From: a virus
Reading direction: 5' to 3' (one strand)
IMG/VR virus record: IMGVR_UViG_3300032261_000561
DNA: 64,000 nucleotides
The notes beneath the pieces were generated by a model. It saw nothing but the letters and a program-made list of their open reading frames with translations. It ran no database searches and had not been told where the DNA came from. The stretch's first letter is position 1. Each line of letters starts with the position of its first letter. Positions 1-8,603 of this stretch are shown here, piece after piece. The position numbers were made by a program, and so were the translations under genes.

Positions 1-1733
1 GGATCGGGGTTGACGTAGACCGAGGGGTTCGCCTGGAAAGCCTGGTAGGAGTTGGTGTAGCTGTCCAGCTTGACCACTAGCGCGGTCATGACCCCCTGGA
101 AATCCTTGTAACCCACCTCGCCGTCGAAGGTGATCTTGGTGGGCAGGTTGGGAGCGGGCAGTGTGGTGTTGACCAGGCTGGTGCCGTCGGGCAGCACCAC
201 CGACAGGAAGACCTGCGGCACCGGACTGCTGTAGACCCACCCGGCCACGATGCGCAGCGGGATGTACGGTGCCGGGGGCGGGTAGAGGGACGCCGAGAAG
301 AGGATCGGGGTTTCCCCGTTGGTGAATTCGAGCACCACTTCCAGGGCACCGCAGTCGAAGGAGAGCACGGGCCAGTACTGATCACCCCCGGCATTGGGCG
401 GGAAGACCCCGGTCACGGTGGTGACCACCTTGATGGTGGGCTGCGGGATGCCGGTCAGCGAGTCGGTGTACTGCAGCAGCGGCACCGGCTGCTGACCCAG
501 CGCCCCGTAGAAGCTCGCCGCCCACGGGCCCCCGGCATTCCCGGTCACCATGATGTTGCCGATGCCCAGCAGGGATTCCAGGGCTGCCTGGATGTCGTCT
601 CCGGTGGCGGTATCGGTCAGCGGGCCGGTGTAGTTGATGCCGTCGAGGCTCAGCGCGAACGAGCCGCCGGTCGCCGTGCCGTTGAGGGAGATCATCTGCA
701 CGGCGCTGATCCCCGGCGCGACACCGAACAGGGTGGGGTTGACCGGCGGCGCGTTAGTCACCGGGTCGAAGTTCGGTGTCCACACCACCCCGATCCACGC
801 GGGCTGGCTGATCTGTGGCCCAACTGCCATGGGTACCACGTAGACACTGGTCTGACCGGGGTCGGAGATGTCGATCAGCCCGATCCCAGCCGTCCACTGG
901 GTGTTCTCGTCGAGATCCGGCGGCAAGCTGATCGGGCTCAACTTGCGGGTCCCCACCGTGTCGTCGGTCGAATAATAAACATTTAAATTCTGGTTGGTGT
1001 AGACGGGGTCCAGGTACAGCGTGTCGATTAGCTGCGGCGTGCCATCGGGGTTGCGGAAGTCCAGGTAGAGACTGACCACCGCGTCGGGGCCGGGCTGCGG
1101 AGAACACTTCCAGAAGGTGGTGGGCTTGTCGTCGATCGCATCGGGAGCGTCCCAGTCCTGGATGTATTTGGTGATAACGTTGCCCAGCGCGTCCTGCTCG
1201 GGCTCCATGGCCTGGGTGCCATCGTTGCGGGCGTAGATGTTGCGCCGGATCAGCCCGTTGCGCAACCCGATGTTGAACGGCCGGTTGCCCAACGTGAGAT
1301 CGAGGTTACGGCTGATGCGGAACTGCACCGCCCGAGCCACGATCGGGTAGGTGTAGACGTGGTACTTGTACCAGGAAACCTCCTGGCTGGGCGCCAGCGT
1401 GATGGTCATCGGCTGGTAGTTCTCGTCCCGCATCTGGATCCAGTTGTTGTTGCGATCCTTGTACCAGACGTTAAAGGTGCAGGCCACCCGCATGATCTCG
1501 ATCGAGAACTCCCCGATGGACAGCGGCAGCTTGAAGTTGATGGTCAGGATCTCCTGGGTGGGGTCGCTGCTCGGCCGGGGCTGGGAGAACCACACTCGGG
1601 CCACCGGCAGGTCGGCCAGCTGCGGCACGTTGGGTGCGTACTGCTGGTTGGAGATCAGGTCGTTGAGCAGGTTCACCAGCGTCAGTGGCCAGTGGTAGTT
1701 CAGGTACATGCCGTCCAGGGCGCTACCGACCAT
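1..1733 (-). CDS. Baseplate/minor tail protein, runs off the left window edge
   Basis: ATG at 1733 after GGGGAG; reads MVGSALDGMYLNYHWPLTLVNLL...; the same frame is coding-like at position 3; follows baseplate genes; absent from the ORF track because it has no stop in the window. Confidence 0.7.
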   Translation of the reverse strand, partial: MVGSALDGMYLNYHWPLTLVNLLNDLISNQQYAPNVPQLADLPVARVWFSQPRPSSDPTQEILTINFKLPLSIGEFSIEIMRVACTFNVWYKDRNNNWIQMRDENYQPMTITLAPSQEVSWYKYHVYTYPIVARAVQFRISRNLDLTLGNRPFNIGLRNGLIRRNIYARNDGTQAMEPEQDALGNVITKYIQDWDAPDAIDDKPTTFWKCSPQPGPDAVVSLYLDFRNPDGTPQLIDTLYLDPVYTNQNLNVYYSTDDTVGTRKLSPISLPPDLDENTQWTAGIGLIDISDPGQTSVYVVPMAVGPQISQPAWIGVVWTPNFDPVTNAPPVNPTLFGVAPGISAVQMISLNGTATGGSFALSLDGINYTGPLTDTATGDDIQAALESLLGIGNIMVTGNAGGPWAASFYGALGQQPVPLLQYTDSLTGIPQPTIKVVTTVTGVFPPNAGGDQYWPVLSFDCGALEVVLEFTNGETPILFSASLYPPPAPYIPLRIVAGWVYSSPVPQVFLSVVLPDGTSLVNTTLPAPNLPTKITFDGEVGYKDFQGVMTALVVKLDSYTNSYQAFQANPSVYVNPD

Positions 1734-1748
1734 CGTGCTCCCCCGTCA

Positions 1749-4631
1749 TCATGACGACGTGCTCGCTCCCGCCGGTGCCCCCGACGACGTCGTGAAAGCC
1801 CCGGCCACCCAGCCGGTGGAAGTGCTGATCAACGGGCGCGCACGGGTGAGCGACCTGGACACTGTGGACTCCTGGGTCGGCGCGATGTAGGCGATGGCCA
1901 GATCGGGGGTGAACACCTCCTTGGTGATCGCGGATTGCCCGAGCGGCAGCCGGAAGTGGAACTGGTCGGCCTGCCCGCCCATGCTCTGCACCTGGGTGAT
2001 CTTGGCCGCGATGTAGGTCTGCTCGGACGGCCAGGGGAACACGTAGGGGGTGCCGTCGGGATTGACCGCCGGGGCATTCGCCGGAGTCTTGCCGAACTTG
2101 CCGCCCGGGTAATTGTCTGGGCTGTCGATGATGTCGTAGGTCTGCCAGGGCCCGTAGTTGGACACCGAGGTGAAAGCCTCGAAGTTCTGCGCTGGCCGGT
2201 AGGTCCGCATGGGATCGGGCGCGGGTACCACGTAGGGGACGGAACGGCTGGCGAACGTGTTGAGGTAGTCGCGCGCGATCTGGTAGCCACTGCGGGGATC
2301 CCCGGCGATCTGGGTGACCGTGTCGTAGGTGGCGTGCGGGTCCTCGGTGGACGCGTAAGACACCGTGGCCAAGATGTCGGCCTCCACCTGGGCCACGTTC
2401 ACCGGCGCGGTGGGGAACTGCCGCGTGATGACGCCCGGGTCACCCGCATAGGCGGCGATCGTCGCGTCGAAAATGGTTGCCGCCCACAGGTCGTCAGTGG
2501 TGTTCCCATGGGTGCACAGCAGGTCGTCGGGGTTAGCGAACTCCCACCACAGGGACTCGGTACCGCTGAGCCGGTTGGCCGAGATGCCGTGGCCGCCGGG
2601 ATCGGTGCCCTCGGGGAAGATGACGCCCGCCTCACGCCGGGGGGAGCCGAAAGACACCGCGCCCAGCAGATCCACCCGGCGGTGTTGCATGGCGCCGGTG
2701 CGCAGCTGGTCATAGACCGTGGAGGTGACGATGGCCCCGATCCCCCGCCCGATCAGCAGGAAGGGCCCGATGTTGCGGTTGATCATGATGATCAGAGCGG
2801 AAACGGCCGCGTCAATGCCCTCTTGTAGCGGCAGCTCGTTCAGCATGGGCCACGGCACGTAGACGTAGCGGATGCGCGAGTCCAGCTTGCCGTCGAACCA
2901 CGAGGTGGGGGGATTGGCCAAGTAGTCGGTGACCTCGTAGCAGGTGACCTGGGTGGTGACCGCAGGCGGGGCCAGCGCCGCCAGGCTGGGGATGGACAGG
3001 CTGTTGATGTAGTCGGCGCCGATCTGGATGCAGTTGCGCGCGTCACCGGGGACCGGGTGGTAGTTGGGGTTCTGGTAGAGCCCGTGCGCACTGTTGGTGA
3101 CCACGCCGTAGAACAGATCCAGGAAGTTCTGCAGGAGGATCTCGGCGTTGGTGATGGCGCCGGTGAGCAGCGCGGCCAGCGGGGACAGGATGCCGTTGTA
3201 GCTGTTGTAGATCAGCTGGTACACGGCTTCGTTGTTGGAGCCGGGGACGGTGTCGTGATTAGTGCAGATGAGATCGCCGGGTGCGGCGAACTCCCACCAC
3301 AGCGGCTCACAGTCCTGCAGCAGCTCCCAGCCCTGCACGCCGTGCCCGCCCGGGTCTGGGCACATCGGGAAGGTGACGCCGGGCTGGCGCCGTGGGTTGC
3401 CGAAGGCCAGGCCAGCCAGCAGGTCTGGGCGCCGGGCCTGCAGTGAGCCGGTGCGGATCTGGTCATAGACGTCGCTGATGATGGTGGCGCCCTGGTCGTA
3501 GCCCACCAGGATGAAGGGGCCCGGGATCGAGTTGATCGCACCGATCAGGTTGGCCACTCCTTGGGCCACGCTCTGGTTCATCGGGTAGAGGTCAGCCTGG
3601 TAGGGCACCGGGACCCACTGGAAGAAGTCGGCGTTCAGGTTTTGGGAAAACCAGTCGTCGGTGGGCACGCCCAAAGCCACGTTGCTGACCAGGTTGAAGG
3701 CTCCCGACAGCTCGAAGACGGTGACTTTCACCGGCCCGAAAGGGTTGATGGTGCCGTAGGTCACCGAGTCGATCGGGCTGCGGCTACCCCCGCCCACCAG
3801 GTAGTAGTATGCATACTCCTGGCTGATGTTGAACTGCGCGTACGGCGCCAGTGTGGGATCGCCGGAATACATCCACGTCTCGGTGGGCAGCAGGTCGATG
3901 GGCAGCAGATCCGGCGGCGGCAGCTGACTCATAATCGGGGTCGGCGTGACGATTTTCTGGACCTCGAAGTAAGTCGAGTCGGCGGCGGCCGCCACCGCGA
4001 ACACCGGGGTGAGCACCGGAATCCCGTGGACGTTGACGGTGATGACGATGTCGATGCTCATGAACCGGGAGAGCATGTCGCGCACCAGCCGCATCTCCTC
4101 GGGCCCCATGGAATCCTTGTGCGGCTTGATCACCAGCTCGTTGCGTGCGCTGGACGGGGAGCGCCCCATGTCTAGGGTGATGCCGAAATTATCGATGTAC
4201 CTCCATATTTCAAACGTGTCGCAGTCCACCGACGACGCGGCCTGCACACACATGCGCACACCCTCGACGGTCGAACCCAGTCCGCAGGCCTTGAAGAAGT
4301 CGCGGATGCGCGCCCGGTACCACGCATCCTTGACCCTGACTTCGTTCCACTGCGGGGCCGTCAGGGTGTCCCGCGAGGGGTTGTAGGGGTAGGACTCCTC
4401 GGGTGCGCGGACCAGGATGGCGGTGTTGCCAAAGACATAGTCGAGGTCGGTGCCAAAGATCGTCTCCATGGCACCGGCCAGCCGGGCGACGAACACCTCG
4501 TTGACCAGTCCGCCCGCCCCGCAGGTGCCGCAGATGGCGTCGATCAGCTTGTACAGGTTGGTATCCGGCGTGCCGACATAAGCGGTGTCGTCGCAGTGCA
4601 TCAAGAGCATCTCGGTGCTCTTGGGAGGCAT
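1749..4631 (-). CDS. Baseplate wedge-type protein with two inserted lysin B/cutinase-like (alpha/beta-hydrolase) domains
   Basis: 960 aa directly after baseplate J; GYDQGA...FGNPRR...GGHG...WWEFA and GRGIGA...FGSPRR...GGHG...LWWEFA; possible true start at ATC 4658. Confidence 0.7.
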   Translation of the reverse strand: MPPKSTEMLLMHCDDTAYVGTPDTNLYKLIDAICGTCGAGGLVNEVFVARLAGAMETIFGTDLDYVFGNTAILVRAPEESYPYNPSRDTLTAPQWNEVRVKDAWYRARIRDFFKACGLGSTVEGVRMCVQAASSVDCDTFEIWRYIDNFGITLDMGRSPSSARNELVIKPHKDSMGPEEMRLVRDMLSRFMSIDIVITVNVHGIPVLTPVFAVAAAADSTYFEVQKIVTPTPIMSQLPPPDLLPIDLLPTETWMYSGDPTLAPYAQFNISQEYAYYYLVGGGSRSPIDSVTYGTINPFGPVKVTVFELSGAFNLVSNVALGVPTDDWFSQNLNADFFQWVPVPYQADLYPMNQSVAQGVANLIGAINSIPGPFILVGYDQGATIISDVYDQIRTGSLQARRPDLLAGLAFGNPRRQPGVTFPMCPDPGGHGVQGWELLQDCEPLWWEFAAPGDLICTNHDTVPGSNNEAVYQLIYNSYNGILSPLAALLTGAITNAEILLQNFLDLFYGVVTNSAHGLYQNPNYHPVPGDARNCIQIGADYINSLSIPSLAALAPPAVTTQVTCYEVTDYLANPPTSWFDGKLDSRIRYVYVPWPMLNELPLQEGIDAAVSALIIMINRNIGPFLLIGRGIGAIVTSTVYDQLRTGAMQHRRVDLLGAVSFGSPRREAGVIFPEGTDPGGHGISANRLSGTESLWWEFANPDDLLCTHGNTTDDLWAATIFDATIAAYAGDPGVITRQFPTAPVNVAQVEADILATVSYASTEDPHATYDTVTQIAGDPRSGYQIARDYLNTFASRSVPYVVPAPDPMRTYRPAQNFEAFTSVSNYGPWQTYDIIDSPDNYPGGKFGKTPANAPAVNPDGTPYVFPWPSEQTYIAAKITQVQSMGGQADQFHFRLPLGQSAITKEVFTPDLAIAYIAPTQESTVSRSLTRARPLISTSTGWVAGAFTTSSGAPAGASTSS

Positions 4632-4667
4632 CCACGGCCAGGGGTTGTTGGTTGGGATGGTGTCCTC

Positions 4668-7199
4668 CTACGGGCTCGCTACCCGTGTGATGATGGCGCC
4701 CAGGTAGTAGGCCACCTGATTATCGTTGAGCTTGAAGTCGTCGTCGTACACCGCGATCGGGTCAGGGTCCTCGGAGTTGGCGAACACCCGCACGCCGTGA
4801 ACATCAGGATTGTCGGTAGTGGTGGTGATTTTGACGTCGTCCACGCCCAGGATTTGAGTGACCACGGTGCACAGCATGGTGAATTTGATCTGGGCCCCGA
4901 ACGGACAGGCGGCGACGAAGCTCTGCAGCCGGGTGGCCAGTGCCGCATTGACCACGGCGGGGGAGTAACTGCGGTTGTATTCGATGGACAGGCAGGGCTG
5001 CAGGTAGACGTAGTCGGCTTGATGCACCAGCACATCGGTGCACAGCTGTTTGGAGGAGGTCATCACCGAGTCGAGGACCTCGGGCACCTGGTTGTACACG
5101 TATTCTAAGGTCAGCTCGGTGCCGGTGGTCGGGCCGGTGGAATCCCACTCGATCCCCGAGGCCTCTAGGCGCGAGCCCTGCAGCTCTGTGCGGTCGGCCA
5201 GCACGTAGTAGTGGGTGCCCATGATGTAAATCTCGGGACCCACCGTCAAGGTGGGTGGGAAGGTCACCAGCGGCACATTGCCCAGTCGGGTGTAACGGTT
5301 GGTGGCCGTCGGATTGCCCGGCGAACCCATCCGAATGAAGTTGCCGGTGTAGAGCGGGTCGTCGACCAGACTGGAAAGCGTGACGCCGCTGATGATGGTC
5401 TGCTCGGTGACACTGTAGGGCGCGATGCCATCGCAGAAGATGTCGACTTTGTTGGTGATCCCGTTCACCGGGTCGTTGCGGCTGCAGGTGGGGGTGTATT
5501 GGAATTCCAGGTCGACGATGTCGTCCTGATTGATCACGCCGGTAGCCACCCGGGTGAACACCGGCGAGACGCCGGTGGACAGCATGTAGTCGTCGCCCTC
5601 GGTGTAGAACGTCTCGTCTTCCTGGCCCAGGTTGATGAAACAGCTGGTCATACCGGTGTTGTGGCTCAACAGCCCTTCTGCCACCAAGGTGTTGGTCGAA
5701 GTAGACAACGCCACCACATCCTGGACGCCAGCTTCTTCGACCGATATCACCTTGGCGAAGTTGCTGTTCTTGCCGACGATGCAGCTTCCGTACAGATCGC
5801 TCATGAACTTAGGGGCGAGTCGAGCGCTCTTGAAGATGCCGAAGAAGCGCAACCGCTCATCCATACCACCATGAAGCAAGATCTCCTGGCAGCAAGGGTC
5901 GGGTGATAGACCTGTGCTGCGGGTTCGGGCTACGGAGTGCTTGAACTTATTCCTGGCCAGCAGGTCCACGATCTTGTCGAAAACCGGGCCGGGGTTCTGC
6001 AAGATCGTGACATTGTGCTTGTTGTAACTGGCCTCGCCGTCAGTAATCCCGGCCATCCAGCCAGCCTCGAAGGATAGATCCTCATCCCAGGAAGGAACGT
6101 ATCTGATCTGGTCACCAGGCAAGAGATCCTTGGTTTTGACCCACTGAACATTCTGGGTGTTTCGGATGACACCGCGTCTCTTGCCCGTATGTCCGACACG
6201 TCGCCCAGAAACCAGCCACATGTGATCAGCGGTGGAGGTGACCGTGGTGCCGTTATCCATCGTCACCATAAGGGTGCGAGCAGGACAGATATAAGACTGC
6301 GTAACCCGAGACTGACGCCACTTTCTCTTATTGCCGCGCCCCTCGACAGACTCGTCGAACCCGACGATCAGATCTCCAACCCGAAGAGAGCCCACGGGCA
6401 CCCAGTCCAGGCCGTCGGTAAGGACTCGTGTCTCTGGGATGAGGCACCATACGTACTTGACGTCCTGGTCGACCGGCAGCGCTACCGTCGTCGAGGGCGC
6501 GGCGATCTGCGTGGTGTAGAGCACGGTGGGACCGAAGACAATCACCCGGGTGACCGAGGTGTTTTGCTGGCATAGCGCGATGTACCAGTCGGCGGTCCCG
6601 GCCACATTGCGCAGGAAGGTGTCTTTGAAGCGCTGCCTTAACGCATCGTCGGTCTCGGGGTCGGTGCCGTCGGTCATGGCCTGCAGGTTGGTGACCGCCG
6701 AAGATCCGATCGCGGTGGACAGATTGGTGACCGCGCCCGGCGGCACGTTGCCCGAGACACCGACCGTGGTGCAGGTGACCGGGACGTCCACCGAGTAGTC
6801 ACCGGCCGGGAGCACCACCGACTGGTTGGCCGCGTAGTACAGCTGCACACTGGCCCCGGCCAGACCGGCGGTGGTGTAGAAGGTGGTGCCCTGCTGGATG
6901 GTGTAGTCGGTGGTGGAGGCCACCGTCAGGGTGACCCGCACGGTGCCCTGCGCATAGGTGCCCTGCAGCCTGCCATAACCGAACAGCCCGACGAACTGTT
7001 CCAGCTCCATCCCGGCCTTGGTGTCGACGTCCAGCAGCGAGCCCAGCAGATAGGTGTCGATGGAGGCGGCCGCGATCTGCTCGGCGCAGGCGTCGATGAT
7101 CTTGCGCTCCGGCGTACCAATGGCACACGACAGCGTCGGCATGGTCAGCGCCAGCTGGGCCAGAATCTGCTGGCTGATCTGGTCAGGTGTACCGGGCAT
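4668..7199 (-). CDS. Baseplate J-like protein containing an intein
   Basis: Baseplate J-type motifs (GVSGNVPPGAVT, GTDPETDDALRQRF); next to a gp25-like gene. Confidence 0.85.
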   Translation of the reverse strand: MPGTPDQISQQILAQLALTMPTLSCAIGTPERKIIDACAEQIAAASIDTYLLGSLLDVDTKAGMELEQFVGLFGYGRLQGTYAQGTVRVTLTVASTTDYTIQQGTTFYTTAGLAGASVQLYYAANQSVVLPAGDYSVDVPVTCTTVGVSGNVPPGAVTNLSTAIGSSAVTNLQAMTDGTDPETDDALRQRFKDTFLRNVAGTADWYIALCQQNTSVTRVIVFGPTVLYTTQIAAPSTTVALPVDQDVKYVWCLIPETRVLTDGLDWVPVGSLRVGDLIVGFDESVEGRGNKRKWRQSRVTQSYICPARTLMVTMDNGTTVTSTADHMWLVSGRRVGHTGKRRGVIRNTQNVQWVKTKDLLPGDQIRYVPSWDEDLSFEAGWMAGITDGEASYNKHNVTILQNPGPVFDKIVDLLARNKFKHSVARTRSTGLSPDPCCQEILLHGGMDERLRFFGIFKSARLAPKFMSDLYGSCIVGKNSNFAKVISVEEAGVQDVVALSTSTNTLVAEGLLSHNTGMTSCFINLGQEDETFYTEGDDYMLSTGVSPVFTRVATGVINQDDIVDLEFQYTPTCSRNDPVNGITNKVDIFCDGIAPYSVTEQTIISGVTLSSLVDDPLYTGNFIRMGSPGNPTATNRYTRLGNVPLVTFPPTLTVGPEIYIMGTHYYVLADRTELQGSRLEASGIEWDSTGPTTGTELTLEYVYNQVPEVLDSVMTSSKQLCTDVLVHQADYVYLQPCLSIEYNRSYSPAVVNAALATRLQSFVAACPFGAQIKFTMLCTVVTQILGVDDVKITTTTDNPDVHGVRVFANSEDPDPIAVYDDDFKLNDNQVAYYLGAIITRVASP
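5658..6446 (-). mobile_element. Intein (263 aa) with LAGLIDADG-type endonuclease block
   Basis: Starts CLIPETRVLT, block B TSTADHMW, LAGLIDADG-like GWMAGITDGEAS, ends VAEGLLSHN followed by Thr(+1); codon usage differs from the exteins. Confidence 0.9.
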
Positions 7200-7211
7200 G
7201 GACGGCGCCCC

Positions 7212-7628
7212 TTAGACGCTTGACGTTGTGCTGGTGGTTGCCGTGGCCCCGCTGCCGGTAGTGACCGACACCGCCACGCTGACGGTGTCATACGTGATGC
7301 CTACATCAACGGCGGTTAGTGCGTTGAGCAGCTCCTCGAAGCTGAAAATCTGTGGGTTGTTCTGTAAGGCCAGATTCTGAATGGCCTGATAATTGCCCAG
7401 CACCCGGTCGACTTCGCCCTGGACCCGCGACTGCGTGGTCAAATCGATCACCCCGCCGATGAAATTCGGCAGCACCGAACCGTAGCGGGGATGAAATCGG
7501 TCGACTCCCAGCCGCTCGGTCAACCACAGCGACATGTCCTGTTCGAGTTTCTCGATGCCCGAGACGATGGCCAGGCTGGATCCCCGTTGCACCAGGTCCC
7601 CATTTTGAAGTGCGAGGCTGAAGGTCAA
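7212..7628 (-). CDS. Baseplate wedge subunit, gp25/GPW-like
   Basis: 138 aa, DRFHPRYGS motif, upstream of baseplate J; TTG start after GAGGAGG. Confidence 0.75.
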   Translation of the reverse strand: MTFSLALQNGDLVQRGSSLAIVSGIEKLEQDMSLWLTERLGVDRFHPRYGSVLPNFIGGVIDLTTQSRVQGEVDRVLGNYQAIQNLALQNNPQIFSFEELLNALTAVDVGITYDTVSVAVSVTTGSGATATTSTTSSV

Positions 7629-7691
7629 GGCGAAGCCTCCTCTCTCCCTTTAGGTGCGGAAATGCCCCCGACGACAGGGCCGGGCAGAGGG

Positions 7692-7778
7692 TTACGCGAC
7701 TCCCGTCACGTCTGCGACCAGTCCGTTGCCCGCGATGTTGGTGGGGTTGACCGGATTGAGTCCGAGTTGGGCTTCCAT
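7692..7778 (-). CDS. 28-aa mini-ORF duplicating the N-terminus of the upstream fibre gene
   Basis: MEAQLGLNPVNPTNIAGNGLVADVTGVA; ATG overlaps the TGA of 7778..8596. Confidence 0.5.
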   Translation of the reverse strand: MEAQLGLNPVNPTNIAGNGLVADVTGVA

Positions 7779-8596
7779 CAAGCCACCCCGCTCCAACTGC
7801 GCAGGCGCAGAATGAGGTTGTATCCCGCGAGGTTGCAGTAGTAGACGCCGATCTGAGTGGGAGTTAAATACGCCGTGCGAGCTTCTTGGTGATAGGTGTG
7901 CCAATCAATCCCGTTGATCGACCACTCGAAGTAGTGAGTGGTAGTGCCGTCGTATCGGTACCGCCACCACTGAGGCATAGCCCCAATCCAGTACAACGGT
8001 GGGAACCAGGTTTCCATCGCCGCGCTGTAAGTGCTCGTATTCGCCCATTGATCGCCTGTAACGGACTGCGACAGGGCATACCAGGGCGCGGCGAACGAAG
8101 TGGCGTTATATAGGCCTGGCCCAAATGTTTCCAGCTTCGTTCCGTCCGAGATCACCAATCCGCAGCGCCACCAGTTACCCGCTGAAGGAAGAACAGTGGT
8201 ATTAGCAAGATCGACATAGAAATTGGTCACTAGGGAGAACGCGCCCACTGGGTATGCGCGGTAAACGTATCCAATGCTCATACTGCGACTAGGCGCAGTG
8301 AGCACCATCCCGTCTTTATCCGAAACCCATGTCGCTGTACCCATATTGACCGATGTCCAGCCGGTCGTCGGAGGGTCGGCCATCGGCGGGCCGCCGACCC
8401 CGCCAAGGCGGATCTTGACCCAGCTGGTGCCGTTGTCCTGGTAGAGCGCATCGCAATCGGTGCAGTAGTAGACCCGGTTGGGAATCCCCGCCGCCGGTCG
8501 TGAGGCGTAGGTTCCCGAAAGGCTCAATCCTTCGGCCCAACCGACGGTGGCCTGATCGGTCAGGTTGACCGGGTTGAGTCCGAGCTGCGCTTCCAT
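7778..8596 (-). CDS. Minor tail/receptor-binding protein, lectin (ConA)-like C-terminus
   Basis: 272 aa, GTYASRPAAG...YYCTD fibre motif, Trp/Tyr-rich beta C-terminus (FEWSINGIDW). Confidence 0.55.
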   Translation of the reverse strand: MEAQLGLNPVNLTDQATVGWAEGLSLSGTYASRPAAGIPNRVYYCTDCDALYQDNGTSWVKIRLGGVGGPPMADPPTTGWTSVNMGTATWVSDKDGMVLTAPSRSMSIGYVYRAYPVGAFSLVTNFYVDLANTTVLPSAGNWWRCGLVISDGTKLETFGPGLYNATSFAAPWYALSQSVTGDQWANTSTYSAAMETWFPPLYWIGAMPQWWRYRYDGTTTHYFEWSINGIDWHTYHQEARTAYLTPTQIGVYYCNLAGYNLILRLRSWSGVA

Positions 8597-8603
8597 GCTG
8601 GTC

